Source: Candidatus Micrarchaeota archaeon (GTDB lineage: Archaea; Micrarchaeota; Micrarchaeia; Anstonellales; Bilamarchaeaceae). From it: a stretch of 27,258 nt of DNA. Positions 27,219 through 27,258 of this stretch are shown one piece after another (within the stretch, counting starts at the first letter, position 1; each line of letters begins with the position of its first letter). The notes beneath the pieces were generated by a model. It was given only the letters and a program-made list of their open reading frames with translations. It had not been told where the DNA came from and ran no database searches. Location of the stretch: NCBI GenBank assembly GCA_041694885.1, contig JBGFRX010000020.1:1-27258 (forward strand), written 5' to 3'. The position numbers were made by a program, and so were the translations under genes.

Positions 27219-27258
27219 TGCCATTTGATCCTTTCCGTCTGTTTGCGAAATATTGGTC

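Overview
Archaeal housekeeping and biosynthetic region. Evidence for archaeal origin: BRE/TATA promoters, many apparently leaderless starts, GGTGA/GGTGG SD motifs, Sec61beta, DUF424, archaeal RPA and Rqc2/NFACT; a DPANN/Micrarchaeota-like origin is an inference. Left part: purF (runs off the left edge), NFACT C-half, purL, purQ, secbeta, HD hydrolase, a wHTH hypothetical, AMMECR1, a hypothetical, DUF424 and an ACT-ACT protein. Middle: a ~14 kb minus-strand aromatic amino-acid cluster, trpE-G-D-C-B-A (no trpF) then aroF-aroB-aroD-aroE/aroK-aroA-aroC-pheA-tyrA. Right part: a second ACT-ACT paralog, NFACT N-half and RPA. The top finding is an unannotated 24-codon leader ORF with 8 Trp/Tyr/Phe codons (MAIAKKNNWNAYFRFFFSFGYGHQ) plus alternative hairpins and a U-rich tract directly upstream of aroF, a candidate ribosome-sensed attenuator in an archaeon. 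Other findings: an orphan TnpB omega-RNA-like scaffold, a split Rqc2 gene, dispersed period-7 repeats inserted in-frame into enzyme loops, a duplicated translation-start switch, and an ATA start codon. All family calls are from motif recognition by eye; no searches were run.
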